Shown piece by piece: positions 31,345 through 33,713 of a stretch of DNA of 33,713 bases (within the stretch, counting starts at the first letter, position 1; each line of letters starts with the position of its first letter). A program made the position numbers and the translations under genes. This stretch comes from Candidatus Peregrinibacteria bacterium. GTDB taxonomy: Bacteria; Patescibacteriota; Gracilibacteria; UM-FILTER-43-11. The stretch is from positions 1-33,713 of the forward strand of contig JAUXDO010000002.1 in assembly GCA_030618315.1 (NCBI GenBank), read 5' to 3'. The notes under the pieces are model-generated. The model did not search any database. It worked only from the letters and a program-made list of their open reading frames with translations, and was not told the origin of the DNA.

Positions 31345-33713
31345 ATGAACAAACATATGACAATTCATAAAAAAATGTTTTTAATCGGTGCCATTGTTGC
31401 ACTGATAGGTGTTTCTTTTATAAGTTTCAAAACTTATCTACAAACACAGGCTATTGCTGTAATTACCCCATGTGCCATGGAAGATTATGGCAGCACTGGT
31501 AATGTTGATGTATGGAAAGACGGTTGTATAAAATATAACTGCTGTAGTGATTCGCTCGCTTGTTCCACCACATTACTTACCGATTCAAATGGAGCATGTA
31601 CCAATTGGATACTAGATGGTGCTGATAAAGAAACATGCGCAGACGTTATTTATAAGCATAAAAGCGTTTGTCCAAATCTTATTCCGTTTTCATCATCTCA
31701 GGGTTGTATACCCGGATTAAAATGTTTGACAAACGACGAATGTTTTGACGGCAAATGTGTAAATATCACCCCTCCAGCATGTGAGTATGCTGTAGATCTA
31801 GAACAAGATTCTTCTTTAACTTGTGAAACAATTATAAAGCTGAATCCATGTGCTAGTATTTACGGTATTGGGACTACAACCGAATGTATTGGCGTTTCTG
31901 ATCCTTACCCTACTAATACTAAAGTTGTTTGTACTGGTGACAATGTAACTGATGTATTTTGCAGTCTGTTCCAGGAAAATCTAGTAGATGCACTATTTAC
32001 ATTATCAAAACCATCTGAATGTAACTTTGTTCTTTCTCCAGACGTATCATGTTCTCAATTAGATAACTCTGGGATTTGCGATACATTATGGGGGCCAACA
32101 ACACAACAGGCCTGTAAAGAAGATGTAGTAAATGGAATAACTAATTTATTTTGTGTCGGTGATAATGTAGGCGAAAACAAATGTACTACACTACCTGCTA
32201 AAATTACAGACACTATATTTTATAATGCACAAGCAGGATCTTGCATATGCCCAGGTGGAGATGTTTGTGGTGACGGTCAGATCACTGGTAGTGAAGAATG
32301 TGATATAAAAGCTAACCCAACTGGTTGTAAAGACACACATGACTGTATTGAATGTCAATGTATAGAGGCACCAACTCCATCTTGTTCTAATTATAATTTA
32401 GTTGCGTTATGTAAAGGTTTATCGGATATAAGCTGTGAGAATTCTTATGTTGAGGCTCTTCCAAATGATTTTCGTATGTGTGACTTAATTTATGATTTAA
32501 TAGGGAACACATCCTGTGTTATAGGAACACGGACCTGTGAAATGCCTGTTTGCGAAGAAGGTGCAATTTGCCAGATAAACGACGAATGTTATGGAGGAAT
32601 TTGCGAAGGTGAAAAAGATTATAGGTGTAATTACACACTGATAGAAGGAATTACATGTGATAATTCATTGCTTATTGATGCCTGTGTTAAAATTTATGGA
32701 AGTGAAGTGGTCCAAACCTGTTCGGATGATACTCTTCCAGGTGATAAACTTGGTGCATTGCTTAGTTGCACAGGCCCTGATGTTTATGTAAATGCTCAGA
32801 ACTGCAAAGTGATTGATACATATGTAGTAGATGCTCTGTTGAATAAAGGTATAGCAGGAAGTTGTACTAAATGCCCTTCAGTTTGTACTGATAACGATGG
32901 AGATAAATATTATGCGCAAGATAATTGTGGAACACCTGTAGATTGTGATGATAATGATCCAAAAATACATCCTGATATTCTTGATTCAGGATGTGATAAT
33001 ATTGATAACAACTGTAATGGTCTTATAGACGAAGATTATCTTCCTTACACATGTGGAATTGAATTCTGTGAAAGTTTAAGCATATGTGAAAAAGGTCAAA
33101 CATCTTGTACGCCTTTAGATCCAGTTGCTTTTTATCCAGACTCCGATGGTGATGGCTTTGGTATAAAGAGTGAACCCATTTTAACCTGTTCCCCTATTAC
33201 CGGCTATGTAAGCAATGCAGATGATTGTGATGATAAGAATGCAAATATATATCCTGGTGCTCCTGATGTATGTAACGAATATGGCGTAATAGTAGACATG
33301 GGTTGTGGAGACGGTTATGACGATTTGAACTGTAATGAATACTGTAAGGATAACGATATGGATGGATATACAATTGATAAGATGCCGGAAGACTGGGATG
33401 GTAAATATAGCTCTACATGCCCTTGGGTTATAGGAAACGGCGATTGTAACGATAAGAATGCAAATATATATCCTGGTGCTCCCGATGTATGGGGCGACGG
33501 AATTGATACAAATTGTGACAATATTGTTTGTGGCGTCTACAATAAACAATATATAAAGGATGTAGCTTGTTCAGAAACACCTATTGTAGTAAATAACGAC
33601 GATGAGCTTGCTGCTTATTTGAAAGACTATGGTTATAACGGAATTACTTATTCTGGTCTACTTATTAAGTACCATGTAAATCAAACAAATATAGACATTC
33701 ATTCTCCATGTGA
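31345..33713 (+). CDS. cysteine-rich membrane-anchored/secreted repeat protein with MopE-type putative metal-binding motifs (partial, runs off window end)
   Basis: Not in the ORF track. My own translation from ATG 31345 gives 789 codons with no stop. N-terminal anchor MFLIGAIVALIGVSFISF, with well over 100 Cys. CGDGQITGSEECD resembles the Myxococcus-type Cys-rich repeat. Three D.DGDG...DCDD.N..I.PGA.D.C..IDN.C.. units match the MopE-like putative metal-binding motif. A near-identical 48-nt duplication lies at 33223-33270 and 33442-33489. The antisense track ORFs at 33181-33549 are spurious. Confidence 0.8.
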   Translation, partial: MNKHMTIHKKMFLIGAIVALIGVSFISFKTYLQTQAIAVITPCAMEDYGSTGNVDVWKDGCIKYNCCSDSLACSTTLLTDSNGACTNWILDGADKETCADVIYKHKSVCPNLIPFSSSQGCIPGLKCLTNDECFDGKCVNITPPACEYAVDLEQDSSLTCETIIKLNPCASIYGIGTTTECIGVSDPYPTNTKVVCTGDNVTDVFCSLFQENLVDALFTLSKPSECNFVLSPDVSCSQLDNSGICDTLWGPTTQQACKEDVVNGITNLFCVGDNVGENKCTTLPAKITDTIFYNAQAGSCICPGGDVCGDGQITGSEECDIKANPTGCKDTHDCIECQCIEAPTPSCSNYNLVALCKGLSDISCENSYVEALPNDFRMCDLIYDLIGNTSCVIGTRTCEMPVCEEGAICQINDECYGGICEGEKDYRCNYTLIEGITCDNSLLIDACVKIYGSEVVQTCSDDTLPGDKLGALLSCTGPDVYVNAQNCKVIDTYVVDALLNKGIAGSCTKCPSVCTDNDGDKYYAQDNCGTPVDCDDNDPKIHPDILDSGCDNIDNNCNGLIDEDYLPYTCGIEFCESLSICEKGQTSCTPLDPVAFYPDSDGDGFGIKSEPILTCSPITGYVSNADDCDDKNANIYPGAPDVCNEYGVIVDMGCGDGYDDLNCNEYCKDNDMDGYTIDKMPEDWDGKYSSTCPWVIGNGDCNDKNANIYPGAPDVWGDGIDTNCDNIVCGVYNKQYIKDVACSETPIVVNNDDELAAYLKDYGYNGITYSGLLIKYHVNQTNIDIHSPC

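Noticed and set aside
33181-33549. 122-aa and 68-aa ORFs on the - strand in the track.
   Set aside because: They are antisense to the long uninterrupted Cys-rich ORF (31345 onward), which has recognisable repeat motifs. The antisense translations are low-complexity Ile/Thr/Val strings.
1-33713. Possibility of an alternative genetic code (UGA recoding, as in some candidate phyla).
   Set aside because: Very long ORFs (2038, 1225 and 938 aa) with conserved motifs are intact under the standard code. The gene ends I checked use TAA or TAG in sensible positions, so no recoding is needed.

Overview
AT-rich (about one-third GC by eye), very gene-dense bacterial chromosomal window that reads cleanly with the standard code. 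I could not recognise any rRNA, tRNA, CRISPR array, transposase or integrase gene. I support 27 protein-coding genes. One of them (31345 to the window end, + strand, a cysteine-rich surface protein) is missing from the supplied ORF track because it has no stop codon in the window. Recognisable products are: a giant alpha-2-macroglobulin-like protein lacking the thioester motif, a radical SAM/SPASM enzyme, a PP2C phosphatase, a TraD/VirD4-like coupling-type ATPase, MiaB, a class II Fic protein, a GT4 glycosyltransferase, a patatin-like phospholipase, TsaB, a 1225-aa amidase_2 + SpoIID fusion wall hydrolase, and a gene string of CsoR, a DsbA-like protein and a glutaredoxin/DsbD-like protein. About a dozen small or secreted ORFs match no family I recognise. 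The gene content (huge surface proteins, an orphan T4CP-like ATPase, many orphan small genes, near-consensus sigma70 promoters, almost no Shine-Dalgarno sequences) suggests a small-genome uncultivated lineage such as CPR/Patescibacteria; this is inference only. The most unusual signal is non-genic: a family of GC-rich, dyad-symmetric elements built from tandem GTNGGNC heads plus mini-hairpins, resembling REP/BIME/REPIN elements. Two copies of about 210 bp (20620-20824 and 29726-29946) are clearly homologous. Both start on the stop codon of the upstream gene and have the same orientation relative to transcription. Two shorter elements with 11-12-bp periodicity lie at the miaB 5' end (16916-17005) and upstream of tsaB (22660-22750). 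A perfect 36-bp GC-rich palindrome sits in frame inside tsaB. The second candidate system is a copper-sensor/disulfide module: a CsoR-type repressor with promoter and operator, a DsbA-like protein and a Grx-DsbD-like protein, divergent from a very Cys-rich protein carrying MopE-type motifs. All family calls come from motif recognition by eye; no database search was possible.
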